Part shown: positions 1 to 10,759 of the stretch, piece after piece
Layout: every line of letters begins with the position of its first letter
Numbering within the stretch: the stretch's first letter is position 1
From: Obrimoposthia wandeli
Taxonomy: Eukaryota
Reading direction: 5' to 3'
NCBI GenBank assembly: GCA_977020255.1
Contig: CDROCS010000253.1
Location: 806,001-870,000, forward strand
DNA: 64,000 bases
Translations under genes and position numbers: made by a program
Notes under the pieces: generated by a model
Seen by the model: the letters and a program-made list of their open reading frames with translations, nothing else
What the model was told of the DNA's origin: nothing
Databases searched by the model: none

Positions 1-1
1 T

Positions 2-2728
2 GAGATTATTGCGCAAATTAAAGATTCAGGAAATGAGCATCGCGAAGATTCCCTTAACTTTTTCATTTATAACACCTTGCCTGGAACAACCAGTGCTGCG
101 GGTGTAAAAGCTATTTTCCTAAAAGAAATTATTTTAGGTGAATCTGTAGTAGCTGAAATCACACCAACATTTGCATTTGAATTGTTATCTCATATGAAAG
201 GCGGCCCTTCAATTGTAGTGCTTCTTGATTTAGCCCTTTCTGACCTAACACAGGCTGATGACGCATCAGTAGCAAAAGCAGCGGCAGAAGTATTAAAAAC
301 TCAAGTATTCTTATACGACGCAGATACAGCACGCCTTGAAGTAGCGTTTAAAGCAGGTAATGCACTTGCCAAAGAAATTTTAGAAAGCTACGCACAAGCA
401 GAGTTCTTCACAAAATTACCTAATGTAGAAGAAAAAGTTGAAGTTGTTACTTATATTGCCGGTGAAGGTGATATCTCAACTGACTTACTTTCTCCTGGCC
501 ATCAAGCGCATTCTCGTGCTGACCGTGAATTACACGGCCAATGCATGAGCACCCCAGAAGCTCAAGCAGAAATACTTGCATTACAAGTTAAACATCCTAA
601 TGCAAAAGTGATGTTAATTGCTGAAAAAGGCACTATGGGTGTTGGTTCATCTCGTATGTCGGGTGTTAACAACGTTGCACTCTTAGCAGGTAAACAAGCA
701 AGCCCGTACGTACCATTTATTAACATTGCCCCTGTAGTTGCTGGTACTAATGGTATTTCTCCAATCTTCTTAACTACCGTTGATGTAACTGGCGGTATTG
801 GTCTTGACCTTAAAAACTGGGTTAAGAAAATAGATGCTAGCGGCAACACAGTTGTTGATGCAAATGGTGATGCAGTTTTAGAAGAAGCTTACTCAGTAGC
901 AACGGGTACTGTGTTAACTATTGATACCAAAGCGAAGAAATTATACAACGGTGACAAAGAGCTTGCGGATATATCTTCAGCCTTTACACCACAGAAAGTA
1001 GAATTCATGAAAGCTGGTGGTTCTTACGCGGTAACATTTGGTAAGAAATTACAAACGTTCGCTGCACAAACACTTGGCGTAGCAACACCACCTGTCTATG
1101 CAACTTCAAAAGAAATTTCACATGAAGGTCAAGGTTTAACGGCCGTTGAAAAAATCTTTAATAACAACGCTGTTGGTGTAACATCTGAAACACCATTACA
1201 TGCTGGTTCAGATGTTCGCGTTAAAGTGAATATTGTTGGTTCTCAAGACACAACAGGTCCTATGACTTGTCAAGAACTTGAAGCAATGGCTGCTTCAACT
1301 ATCTCTCCATTGGTTGATGGTGCATACCAGTCTGGTTGTCACACAGCGTCCGTTTGGGATAGCAAAGCAAAAGCTAACATTCCAAAATTGATGGCATTCA
1401 TGAATAAATTCGGCCTTATCACAGCACGTGATCCTAAAGGCGAATATCATGCAATGACTGACGTTATTCATAAAGTATTGAATGATATTACGGTTGATGA
1501 CCGCGCTATCATCATTGGTGGTGACTCACATACTCGTATGTCTAAAGGTGTCGCCTTTGGTGCTGATTCGGGTACGGTGGCAATCGCGCTAGCCACAGGT
1601 GAATCGGCTATGCCAATCCCTGAATCTGTAAAAGTTACTTTTAAAGGTCATATGCAAGGCCACATGGATTTCCGTGACGTAGTTCACGCAACTCAAGCAC
1701 AAATGCTTAAGCAATTTGGTGGTGAAAACGTATTCCAAGGTCGTATCATTGAAGTGCATATTGGTACTTTATTAGCTGACCAAGCATTTACCTTTACAGA
1801 TTGGTCTGCAGAAATGAAGGCAAAAGCCTCAATATGTATTTCTGAAGATGAAACGTTAATTAAATCACTTGAGCTTGCTAAGAGCCGTATCCAAATCATG
1901 ATCAACAAGGGTATGGAAAACGAAGCGAAAACACTTAACGGTTTAATTGCATTAGCTGACAAACGCATCGAAGGCATTAAATCAGGTGAAACGCCTGCAT
2001 TAGCACCAGATGATAACGCTACATACTACGCAGAAGTCGTGATTGATTTAGATGTTATCGACCAGCCAATGATTGCTGATCCAGATGTAAACAACGAAGA
2101 CGCCTCTAAACGTTATACGCATGACGTTATTCGCCCTGTTTCATTCTACGCTGATAAATCAGTTGATTTAGGTTTTGTTGGTTCTTGTATGGTTCACAAA
2201 GGCGATATGCAAATCATCGCGCAAATGTTCCGTAATATGGAAGCACAAGGTAACAAGATAGAATTTAAAGCACCACTTGTTGTTGCGCCACCAACTTACA
2301 ATATTGTTGATGAGCTTAAAGCTGAAGGTGACTGGGAAATTTTACAAAAATACTCAGGTTTCGAATTTGACGATGCTGTACCTAAAAATTCTGCCCGTAC
2401 TAAGTATGAAAACATCATGTACTTAGAACGCCCAGGCTGTAACTTATGTATGGGTAACCAAGAGAAAGCTGAACCAGGTGACACGGTTATTGCAACATCA
2501 ACGCGTTTATTCCAAGGTCGTGTTGTAGCAGATACTGCAGAGAAGAAAGGTGAATCACTACTTGGTTCGACACCGTTAGTGGTACTTTCAACTATACTTG
2601 GTCGTTTCCCTTCAATCGAAGAGTACAAGTCAGCTGTAGAAGGTATCGATTTAACACGATTCGCTCCTCCTACGCATGAGATGACTACTAAGTACACTGC
2701 ACCAGCAGTACCGATTACAGTAGTATAA
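2..2728 (+). CDS. acnB: Aconitate hydratase 2 / 2-methylisocitrate dehydratase (AcnB, long divergent type); 5' end lies outside the window
   Basis: The frame is open from base 2 (EIIAQIKDSGNEHREDSLNFFIYNTLPG), so TTG77 is not the true start. AcnB motifs: GSSR, IGGDSHTR, GSCM and PGCNLCMGNQ (Fe-S cysteines), STRLFQGR. Confidence 0.92.
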   Translation, partial: EIIAQIKDSGNEHREDSLNFFIYNTLPGTTSAAGVKAIFLKEIILGESVVAEITPTFAFELLSHMKGGPSIVVLLDLALSDLTQADDASVAKAAAEVLKTQVFLYDADTARLEVAFKAGNALAKEILESYAQAEFFTKLPNVEEKVEVVTYIAGEGDISTDLLSPGHQAHSRADRELHGQCMSTPEAQAEILALQVKHPNAKVMLIAEKGTMGVGSSRMSGVNNVALLAGKQASPYVPFINIAPVVAGTNGISPIFLTTVDVTGGIGLDLKNWVKKIDASGNTVVDANGDAVLEEAYSVATGTVLTIDTKAKKLYNGDKELADISSAFTPQKVEFMKAGGSYAVTFGKKLQTFAAQTLGVATPPVYATSKEISHEGQGLTAVEKIFNNNAVGVTSETPLHAGSDVRVKVNIVGSQDTTGPMTCQELEAMAASTISPLVDGAYQSGCHTASVWDSKAKANIPKLMAFMNKFGLITARDPKGEYHAMTDVIHKVLNDITVDDRAIIIGGDSHTRMSKGVAFGADSGTVAIALATGESAMPIPESVKVTFKGHMQGHMDFRDVVHATQAQMLKQFGGENVFQGRIIEVHIGTLLADQAFTFTDWSAEMKAKASICISEDETLIKSLELAKSRIQIMINKGMENEAKTLNGLIALADKRIEGIKSGETPALAPDDNATYYAEVVIDLDVIDQPMIADPDVNNEDASKRYTHDVIRPVSFYADKSVDLGFVGSCMVHKGDMQIIAQMFRNMEAQGNKIEFKAPLVVAPPTYNIVDELKAEGDWEILQKYSGFEFDDAVPKNSARTKYENIMYLERPGCNLCMGNQEKAEPGDTVIATSTRLFQGRVVADTAEKKGESLLGSTPLVVLSTILGRFPSIEEYKSAVEGIDLTRFAPPTHEMTTKYTAPAVPITVV

Positions 2729-2773
2729 TACATAGTTAGTGGGTAGAACTTCTACTTTACTATCTAAATAAAA

Positions 2774-2824
2774 TAAAAATGCGGATTACTTAACTTAATT
2801 AAGCCAAGTAACCCGCATTTTTTT
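2774..2824 (+). terminator. Rho-independent terminator after acnB, probably bidirectional
   Basis: AAAAATGCGGATTACTT...AAGTAACCCGCATTTTTTT: stem flanked by A and T tracts, between convergent genes. Confidence 0.75.
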
Positions 2825-2917
2825 ATCCTTTAATTTACGCTTTGCTATTCAACCCATAAATTTACTAAAACATCATTCAGCTCGAGTAGATAATCACTTC
2901 ACAAAGTCGCTTTCGTA

Positions 2918-3301
2918 TTAGCCTTTTATTGGACATTCAAGTTTAGCCATTAAATTTGGCATAATTAAATTAGGGGATGCACGCGGATAGTCAAAGCTTT
3001 CAACACCGGTAATTAGCTCCAATTTATAACCATAAGTACCACAAATTAAGTAACCACGACGTAATAAAAAGGCAGATAAACGCTCAAAACTAACGTTATT
3101 ATTGGGAATAACTTCCAATTGATAGTGCTTATCATCAAATTGAATTTTTTTAAATTGTAGTTGGTGGTCAAAATCCCATTCGGTTTGCGCTTGACCGAGA
3201 ACAGCGACACTGGGTCCTGCACAAGCAGCTAAAAATACAACACACCACAAAAAAACAATCGTTTGAAGTGCTGATTTGATTGTCGAATTTAACATAGTCA
3301 T
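2918..3301 (-). CDS. Hypothetical lipoprotein
   Basis: 127-aa ORF with a hydrophobic N-terminus and lipobox-like FLAA-C. Confidence 0.7.
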   Translation of the reverse strand: MTMLNSTIKSALQTIVFLWCVVFLAACAGPSVAVLGQAQTEWDFDHQLQFKKIQFDDKHYQLEVIPNNNVSFERLSAFLLRRGYLICGTYGYKLELITGVESFDYPRASPNLIMPNLMAKLECPIKG

Positions 3302-3404
3302 TACTCCCTTAACTTTTGGCCTATCTATTATAAGTCTAGCAAATAGAATGCGATGACGACAATGATGCTAAAGCGATGACCCTAAAGCAATCCCTCTAAA
3401 TGAA

Positions 3405-4454
3405 TCAAGTATTGAATGGATGCTCAATCAGTTTAAAGCTGGTTTTTGCCTCACCGTACACATAAATACTACAATTCTTCCAGCTAGTAGGTAGCTGCCA
3501 TGTGTTATCTGCTTCAATGGTATAAAGATGGCGTTTATTAGCACAGCGAACATCTAAGGTGTGTAATGAACCTTCGATATCAGTTAACGAAAATGCATTC
3601 CTCACTAAATCAGCACTCCAATAATCTTTCTCAATATCAGCCGTCACAACAAGGTTTTTGTCACCCATAATAACTTTGTCTATTTTAGCCATCACTCCAG
3701 CAAGTTGTGTAAGATGAGGTTTAGCTGAAGGTAACTCTATTAATTGTTCATAAGTACTATACGCTGCGATAAATTGATTTAATTCAACTTGCAAATTAAA
3801 TGTTTGATACAGCACAGATAACTGTTGCTCTTCATTATCAAAGCTTTTTAATGAACTTACCACACGGTTTAAATGTTGGAGTTCTTTATGCTTATCTCCC
3901 TGTTCTTTAGCATATTGAGCAGATAACAGCTGAAGGTAATTATTTTCTGATAAATGCATATATTTACCATCACTCATTTGAGCAAGCAAAGCTTCTAATC
4001 TAACAAAATCCTTTGCATTTAAGGCTTCTACAGCTTTAGCATATTTTGCTTTAAAGCTTCTACTAGCTCCCTTTGTGCCTTGCTCACCCATTCTAAAGTC
4101 CAGTTTCACTGTATTAATACATTGCTGGATAGCTTTACCATTCTCCATAGCTGGTTTATAGTGCCACTTTTTAACCGCTTTTTTTGCCGCTTTAGTAATA
4201 TCTTTGCTGCCCGAACTATCCTTTAAAATGACATCTTCAACATTGCCTTTTTCATTAATAACAAAGCTGAAAATAGCCCAGCCTTCTCGACCTTGTCGAG
4301 CAGCATTAATAGGGTATTTTGGATAAACCCGTTTGGTGGGCTCTGGGACAATAATAGTTGAAAGGTGTTGAGATACGTCATTAGCCTTAACGCTAGCACT
4401 CATACTGAGAATGTAAGAAGCGGCTACAGCTGTCGCACATACTTTGAATATCAT
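3405..4454 (-). CDS. TonB C-terminal-domain protein with signal peptide and helical C-terminal extension
   Basis: PKYPINAARQGREGWAIFSFVINEKGNVEDV...AVKKWHYKPA is a TonB_C signature; N-terminal signal-like segment ending SVKA. Confidence 0.75.
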   Translation of the reverse strand: MIFKVCATAVAASYILSMSASVKANDVSQHLSTIIVPEPTKRVYPKYPINAARQGREGWAIFSFVINEKGNVEDVILKDSSGSKDITKAAKKAVKKWHYKPAMENGKAIQQCINTVKLDFRMGEQGTKGASRSFKAKYAKAVEALNAKDFVRLEALLAQMSDGKYMHLSENNYLQLLSAQYAKEQGDKHKELQHLNRVVSSLKSFDNEEQQLSVLYQTFNLQVELNQFIAAYSTYEQLIELPSAKPHLTQLAGVMAKIDKVIMGDKNLVVTADIEKDYWSADLVRNAFSLTDIEGSLHTLDVRCANKRHLYTIEADNTWQLPTSWKNCSIYVYGEAKTSFKLIEHPFNT

Positions 4455-4556
4455 GATTAATTCCTTTTATCTGTGATTATACCCAATTGGTATTACTATA
4501 CTTTCCATAAGTAACAAAAACTTAACATAATAAAAAGAGCTGGTCTAGAAAAACAA

Positions 4557-4598
4557 AAAACCAGTCAATGCTAGCTTTGCTAACATTGACTGGTTTTA
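4557..4598 (-). terminator. Terminator after lpdA
   Basis: AAAACCAGTCAATG-loop-CATTGACTGGTTTT perfect stem; T tract on the minus strand. Confidence 0.75.
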
Positions 4599-4658
4599 TT
4601 AATAGCTAAAATTACTCCACTTGAATGAAGCCTTCACTATCTATTTTTTATCTTACGC

Positions 4659-6092
4659 TTATTTCTTTTTCTTAACTGCTTTAGCATTAGGTAAATCAGT
4701 GATTGAACCTTCAAAGATTTCTGCTGCTAAGCCAATTGATTCATTTAACGTTGGGTGAGCATGAATGGTTAAACCAATATCTTCTGCATCAGCACCCATT
4801 TCAATAGCTAAACAAATTTCGCCTAACATTTCGCCTGCATTGATACCAACGATAGCGCCACCAAGTATGCGACCTGAATCTTTTTCGAAGATTAACTTAG
4901 TTTTACCTTCAGTACGTGCAGAAGCGATAGCACGGCCAGATGCAGCCCAAGGGAAGTTAGCGATTTCGATGTTTAAACCTTGCTCTTTCGCTTCAGACTC
5001 CGTTACACCAACCCAAGCCATTTCTGGATCAGTATAAGCGATTGAAGGGATACAACGAGGTTCGAAAGTATGCTTTTTACCCGAAATAACTTCAGCTGCA
5101 CAATGTGCTTCATGAACGGCTTTATGAGCAAGCATAGGCTGACCAACAACATCACCAATAGCGAAGATGTGTGGAACGTTAGTGCGAAGCTCGTTAGTTA
5201 CGTTGATGAAACCACGCTCATCAACATTTACGCCAGCTTTATCAGCAGCAACTAAGTGACCATTTGGCTTACGACCAACAGCAACTAGAATTTTGTCATA
5301 ACGTACTTGTTCTTTTGGTGCTTTCTTGCCTTCAAAAGTAACATATAAACCGTCATCTTTTGCTTCAACAGCAACAACTTTAGTAGACAACATGATGTTG
5401 AATTTTTTCTTGTTGTAGTTGTTATAAACTCTAACGATATCTTTATCAGCTGCTGGTACTAATTGATCAGCAAACTCAACAACAGATACATTAGAACCTA
5501 ATGCAGAGTATACAGTACCCATTTCTAGACCAATGATACCGCCACCAAGTACTAACAATTCTTCTGGAACGTCTTTAAGCTCTAATGCGCCAGTTGAATC
5601 GATAACACGTGGGTCATCGTTAGGGATAAATGGCAAGTCAATTACTGAAGAACCCGCTGCGATAATTGCGTTATCAAAAGTAATAGTCGTTTTTTCGCCG
5701 TCATTACCTTCAACTTCGATAGTTTTATCAGAAGTGAATTTACCGTAACCGTATACTGTAGCTACTTTACGGGCTTTAGACATGCTGCCTAAACCACCAG
5801 TAAGTTGAGCAATTACACTTTCTTTCCAGCCACGGATTTTATCTAAATCAATTTCAGGTTTACCGAAAGTAACACCGTGAGAAGCCATTGCAGCTGCATC
5901 ATCAATAACTTTAGCAACGTGAAGTAATGCTTTTGATGGGATACAACCAACGTTTAAACAAACGCCACCTAATGTTTCACGGCTTTCAACTAATACTACG
6001 TCTAAACCTAAATCTGCTGCACGAAATGCCGCAGAATAACCACCAGGGCCTGCACCTAATACTACTACTTGAGTTTTGATATTGTTACTCAT
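4659..6092 (-). CDS. lpdA: Dihydrolipoamide dehydrogenase (E3)
   Basis: GAGPGGY FAD motif, GGVCLNVGCIPSK redox disulfide, HAHPTLNE. Start set at the MSNNIK ATG because GAGGA precedes it. Confidence 0.97.
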   Translation of the reverse strand: MSNNIKTQVVVLGAGPGGYSAAFRAADLGLDVVLVESRETLGGVCLNVGCIPSKALLHVAKVIDDAAAMASHGVTFGKPEIDLDKIRGWKESVIAQLTGGLGSMSKARKVATVYGYGKFTSDKTIEVEGNDGEKTTITFDNAIIAAGSSVIDLPFIPNDDPRVIDSTGALELKDVPEELLVLGGGIIGLEMGTVYSALGSNVSVVEFADQLVPAADKDIVRVYNNYNKKKFNIMLSTKVVAVEAKDDGLYVTFEGKKAPKEQVRYDKILVAVGRKPNGHLVAADKAGVNVDERGFINVTNELRTNVPHIFAIGDVVGQPMLAHKAVHEAHCAAEVISGKKHTFEPRCIPSIAYTDPEMAWVGVTESEAKEQGLNIEIANFPWAASGRAIASARTEGKTKLIFEKDSGRILGGAIVGINAGEMLGEICLAIEMGADAEDIGLTIHAHPTLNESIGLAAEIFEGSITDLPNAKAVKKKK

Positions 6093-6254
6093 GCTTATCC
6101 TCATTGAATATGTAAGCTGATATAGGGTTTCTGTATCAGCTTTTATTTATAATAATTTCTTGTGGCGAAATTCTACGCCTATGCGTTGAATTTCGCCAAT
6201 AATAATTAGCAACTGCCGACTAAAGTCGGACTGTCTAACCACTTAACGTACAAT

Positions 6255-7904
6255 TTAAAGTATTAATTTACGAATGTCAGACATCACACCAGCTAAATGC
6301 ACCGTAAAGCGTGCAGCTAATGCACCATCAATAACACGATGGTCGTAAGACATTGACAATGGCAACATTAATTTAGGTTCGAAGTCTTTACCATTCCACT
6401 TAGGCTTCATTTCTGATTTAGAAACACCTAAAATAGCCACTTCTGGTGCATTAACGATTGGTGTAAATGCCGTTCCGCCAATACCACCCAGGCTAGAAAT
6501 AGTAAAACAACCACCTTGCATATCTGTTGCTTTTAATTTGCCATCGCGTGCTTTTATGCTGATTTCAAGTAATTCACGAGATAACTGATGAATACCTTTT
6601 TGATCAACATCACGTACTACTGGCACAACCAAACCATTGGGTGTATCAACCGCAACACCTATGTGAATATACTTTTTCATAATTAAGCTTTCACCGTCTT
6701 CACTCAAACTTGAGTTAAACGTTGGGAAGGTACGTAATGCATCTGCCGCCGCTTTTAAGATAAAGACTAATGGTGTAATTTTAAAACCAAGCTTTTGCTT
6801 TTCACAAACAACATTCTGTTCTTTACGGAACGCTTCAACGTTAGTGATATCAGCTTCATCAAATTGAGTAACATGTGGAATAGTTACCCAGTTACGATGT
6901 AAAAATGGTCCAGAAATTTTCTGAATACGTGTTAGTGCTTTCGTTTCAATTTCACCGAATTTAGAGAAATCGATCGCTTTAGCGCTAACAACTTGTAAAC
7001 CACCTTCACCCGCAGCAACTGAACTACCCGCATTAGCTTTCGGACGAGACAATTCATATTTAACGTATGATTGTACATCTTCTTTTAAAATACGGCCTTT
7101 ACGTCCAGTACCTTTAACTACGGTTAAATCAACACCAAATTCACGGGCAAGACGACGAATCGAAGGTGACGTATAAATAGTACCTTTCTTGACATTACCC
7201 GCTTGTGGATGATGTGGAACAGGTGCTGCTTTTACAGCTGCTGGAGCTGCAATAGGAGCAGCCGCTACTGGTGCAGCTTGAACTGCAGGTGCTGCAGCAA
7301 CAGGTGCAACGCCGCCAGCCGTTTCAAGTTTGATAACGAGTGTGCCTTGTTTGACTTTGTCACCGTTATTAATAAAGACTTCTGTAACCGTACCGGCATG
7401 CGTTGATGGTACATCCATCGTCGCTTTATCAGTTTCAAGGGTGATTAAGCCATCTTCTTCTGCAATCACATCACCAACGCTAACTAATACTTCAATAACA
7501 TCAACTTCGCCATCTTCACCAATATCCGGTACTGCGATTTCAATCACTTGCGAAGCAGTAGCAACAGGAGCTGCTACTGCAGCAGCTTCAACAACCGGAG
7601 CAGCAGGTGCTGCTGCAGGTGTTTCAACTACGGCAGCAGCAGGCGCTGCTTCAGCGGCTGCTGCTGAAGCGCTCTTCATTTCGGCAATAACATCGCCTTC
7701 TTTAATTTTGTCGCCAACCTTTACGGTTAAGCTAACAAGCTCACCCGCAAACGGCGCTGGAATATCCATTGAAGCTTTATCCGTTTCAACGGTTAAAATT
7801 CCTTCGTCGGCTTCCAGGCTATCGCCAATAGCAAAACAGATTTCGATAATTTCAACTTCATCGCCACCAACATCAGGGACTAGAATTTTTTGAATATCAG
7901 ACAT
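6255..7904 (-). CDS. aceF: Pyruvate dehydrogenase E2, two lipoyl domains
   Basis: ETDKASM and ETDKATM lipoyl motifs, Ala/Pro linkers, DHRVIDG catalytic motif. Confidence 0.97.
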   Translation of the reverse strand: MSDIQKILVPDVGGDEVEIIEICFAIGDSLEADEGILTVETDKASMDIPAPFAGELVSLTVKVGDKIKEGDVIAEMKSASAAAAEAAPAAAVVETPAAAPAAPVVEAAAVAAPVATASQVIEIAVPDIGEDGEVDVIEVLVSVGDVIAEEDGLITLETDKATMDVPSTHAGTVTEVFINNGDKVKQGTLVIKLETAGGVAPVAAAPAVQAAPVAAAPIAAPAAVKAAPVPHHPQAGNVKKGTIYTSPSIRRLAREFGVDLTVVKGTGRKGRILKEDVQSYVKYELSRPKANAGSSVAAGEGGLQVVSAKAIDFSKFGEIETKALTRIQKISGPFLHRNWVTIPHVTQFDEADITNVEAFRKEQNVVCEKQKLGFKITPLVFILKAAADALRTFPTFNSSLSEDGESLIMKKYIHIGVAVDTPNGLVVPVVRDVDQKGIHQLSRELLEISIKARDGKLKATDMQGGCFTISSLGGIGGTAFTPIVNAPEVAILGVSKSEMKPKWNGKDFEPKLMLPLSMSYDHRVIDGALAARFTVHLAGVMSDIRKLIL

Positions 7905-7918
7905 TTTTTTTCCTTATT

Positions 7919-7964
7919 TATACCCGTCACCTATCAAGATGTACTTTGAATAATAACGGGTATA
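7919..7964. repeat. 46-bp miniature ERIC-like/MITE element
   Basis: TATACCCGT...ACGGGTATA terminal inverted repeats, matching the ends of the 266-bp element at 15919. Confidence 0.7.
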
Positions 7965-7972
7965 GCCAATAA

Positions 7973-10654
7973 TTAAGCGTAAAGTGGGTTAAGTTTTTCA
8001 GTATCAATATCAAAGCGTTTGATTGCTTCGCTTACCACTGAACGTTTAACTTCACCACGATTTGCTAACTCAAATAATGCCGCAACAACAATATAAGCTG
8101 CGCTTACTTCGAAGTGAGTACGTAAGTTTGCACGACTATCACTACGACCAAAACCATCAGTACCTAAACAACGGTATTCAGTATCAATGTACGCACGTAC
8201 TTGATCAGAGTAGTTTTTGATGTAATCAGTTGCTGCAATGGCAGGTCCTGCATCTTTAGTAATAATTTGCGCAATGTAAGGTACACGCTGCTCACTTTCT
8301 GGATGAAGCATGTTCCAACGAGTTACGTCTTGACCGTCACGACCTAATTCATTAAATGAAGTTACTGAGTAAACATCACTTGAAATGTTGAACTCATTGG
8401 CAAGAATTTGTGCCGCTTCACGTACTTTTTCTAAAATAGTACCTGAACCTAATAATTGAACATTAGCAGTTGCCTTACCTTTAGCAGGTGCAGCTTGTTC
8501 AAGTTGATAAATACCTTTAATTATTTCTTCTTCAACTGTTTTACTTTCTGGCATTGCTGGATGTTGATAGTTTTCATTCATTAACGTTAAGTAGAAGAAT
8601 ACATTTTCATTTTCTTCATACATGCGACGTAAACCTTCACGTACGATAACTGCAATTTCATAACCGTAAGTTGGATCATAAGTCACACAGTTAGGGATCA
8701 AACCAGCTTGAACGTGTGAGTGACCATCTTGATGTTGAAGACCTTCACCGTTAAGTGTTGTTCTACCAGCAGTAGCACCTAATAAGAAACCACGAGCTTG
8801 GCTATCGCCAGCTGCCCATGCTAAGTCACCAACACGTTGGAAACCAAACATTGAGTAATAAATGTAGAATGGAATCGTTACCGCATTACAAGTAGAGTAA
8901 GACGTACCAGCAGCGACCCAAGACGCCATAGCACCTAACTCGTTAATACCTTCTTGTAAAACTTGGCCTTGTTTATCTTCACGGTAATAAGCAACTTGGT
9001 CAGCATCTTGTGGAACATATTTCTGACCTTCGCTTGCGTAAATACCGACTTGGCGGAATAAACCTTCCATACCAAAAGTACGTGCTTCATCTGGAATAAT
9101 CGGTACGATACGCTTACCAATTTTTTTATCTTTTAATAAACTATTAAGTACACGTACAAAGGTCATTGTTGATGAGACTTGACGCTCACCTGAGCCTTTT
9201 AAAATAGGTTCAAAGATTTTAAGCGCTGGAATTTCAAGTTGTTCTTCCGCTTGCACACGACGTGCTGGCAATGAACCACCTAATGCTTCACGGCGGGCTT
9301 TCATGTACTTGAATTCTTCGCTGTCTTCTGGGAATTTGTAGAACGGTAAATCAGCAATGTCATCATCGCTTACTGGAATATTGAAACGATCACGGTAATG
9401 TTTAATTGCCTCAACGTCCATTTTCTTAACGTTATGGGCAATGTTTAATGCTTCACCTGAAGCGCCTAAACCGAAACCTTTAACTGTTTTAGCTAAGATT
9501 ACTGTTGGACGACCTTTAGTGTTTTTCGCTTTTTCATAAGCCGCATAAACTTTAACTGGATCATGACCACCACGGTTTAAACGCCAGATATCTTCATCTG
9601 ACATGTTAGCAACCATGGCCTTCGTTTCAGGGTACTTGTTAAAGAAGTTTTCGCGTGTGTACTTACCGCCTTTCGCTTTACAGTTTTGGTATTCGCCATC
9701 CACTGTTTCGTTCATTAACTGTAGTAATTTACCTGAAGTATCACGAGCAATCAGTGAATCCCAGTAAGAACCCCAAATAACTTTCACTACTTCCCAGCCT
9801 GCGCCACGGAATGTACCTTCAAGCTCTTGGATTATTTTGCCGTTGCCACGTACCGGGCCATCTAAACGCTGTAAGTTACAGTTAACAATAAACGTTAAGT
9901 TATCTAAACCTTCACGTGAGGCTAAACCGATTGCACCTAATGATTCTGGCTCATCAGTTTCACCGTCACCTAGGAAACAATAAACACGTTGGCCTGAACA
10001 ATCTTTAATGCCACGGTCAGTTAAGTACTTTAAGAAACGTGCAGTATAGATAGCTTGTAATGGACCTAAGCCCATAGAAACTGTTGGGAACTGCCAGAAA
10101 TCTTTCATCAAATGAGGATGTGGGTATGAAGATAAACCTTTGCCGTCACACTCTTGACGGAAGTTATTCATTTGTTCTTCAGTTAAACGACCTTCCATAA
10201 AGGCACGAGAATAAATACCTGGAGAAATATGACCTTGAGCGAAAATAAAATCGCCACCGTCTTGTTCTGATGCCGCTTTAAAGAAGTGGTTAAAACCTAC
10301 GTCATATAAAGTAGATGAAGAAGCAAAGCTACCAATATGACCGCCAAGCTCTAAATCTTTTTTAGAGGCACGTAATACTAATACTAAAGCATTCCAACGA
10401 ATTGCAGAACGGATTCGTGATTCAATAGTTTGATCCGCAGGCATGTTTGGCTCTTGACCTGGTGGGATAGTATTTACATAAGCAGTCGTTGCATCAAATG
10501 GTAAATGAGTACCACCACGACGAGCGCGTTCAATTAACGTTTCTAATAATTGATGTGCGCGCTCTGGGCCTTCATTTTCTAATACTGACTCCATTGATTC
10601 TAACCACTCTTGGGTTTCTGCTGAATCAATATCGATATTTGGTAGATCTGACAT
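7973..10654 (-). CDS. aceE: Pyruvate dehydrogenase E1 (homodimeric type)
   Basis: GDGETDEPES ThDP motif, VNCNLQRLDGPVRGNGKI, DGFGRSDSRANLR. Confidence 0.98.
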   Translation of the reverse strand: MSDLPNIDIDSAETQEWLESMESVLENEGPERAHQLLETLIERARRGGTHLPFDATTAYVNTIPPGQEPNMPADQTIESRIRSAIRWNALVLVLRASKKDLELGGHIGSFASSSTLYDVGFNHFFKAASEQDGGDFIFAQGHISPGIYSRAFMEGRLTEEQMNNFRQECDGKGLSSYPHPHLMKDFWQFPTVSMGLGPLQAIYTARFLKYLTDRGIKDCSGQRVYCFLGDGETDEPESLGAIGLASREGLDNLTFIVNCNLQRLDGPVRGNGKIIQELEGTFRGAGWEVVKVIWGSYWDSLIARDTSGKLLQLMNETVDGEYQNCKAKGGKYTRENFFNKYPETKAMVANMSDEDIWRLNRGGHDPVKVYAAYEKAKNTKGRPTVILAKTVKGFGLGASGEALNIAHNVKKMDVEAIKHYRDRFNIPVSDDDIADLPFYKFPEDSEEFKYMKARREALGGSLPARRVQAEEQLEIPALKIFEPILKGSGERQVSSTMTFVRVLNSLLKDKKIGKRIVPIIPDEARTFGMEGLFRQVGIYASEGQKYVPQDADQVAYYREDKQGQVLQEGINELGAMASWVAAGTSYSTCNAVTIPFYIYYSMFGFQRVGDLAWAAGDSQARGFLLGATAGRTTLNGEGLQHQDGHSHVQAGLIPNCVTYDPTYGYEIAVIVREGLRRMYEENENVFFYLTLMNENYQHPAMPESKTVEEEIIKGIYQLEQAAPAKGKATANVQLLGSGTILEKVREAAQILANEFNISSDVYSVTSFNELGRDGQDVTRWNMLHPESEQRVPYIAQIITKDAGPAIAATDYIKNYSDQVRAYIDTEYRCLGTDGFGRSDSRANLRTHFEVSAAYIVVAALFELANRGEVKRSVVSEAIKRFDIDTEKLNPLYA

Positions 10655-10759
10655 ATTGTTTAGTCTCCAATACTTATTATTTAATAAGAAAGTTGATGAA
10701 ATGTTTAATCGTTACTTAAATCTGTTAATTTTTTCTTCTACTCTGTACGTATAATTCTT

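Noticed and set aside
562-2733. Minus-strand ORFs of 94-145 aa inside acnB, and similar shadow ORFs in lpdA, proB, ilvG, ilvD, cusB and cusA
   Set aside because: Fully overlap well-supported genes on the other strand and show no motifs or RBS.
4478-4494. TATACCCAATTGGTAT short palindrome
   Set aside because: Too short and AT-rich to tell from chance; only a partial match to the MITE end or the PdhR box.
7203-7893. Antisense ORFs of 67 and 187 aa over aceF, and Ala/Pro-rich repeats
   Set aside because: Shadows of biased codon usage in the lipoyl-domain linkers; the repeats are normal E2 linkers.
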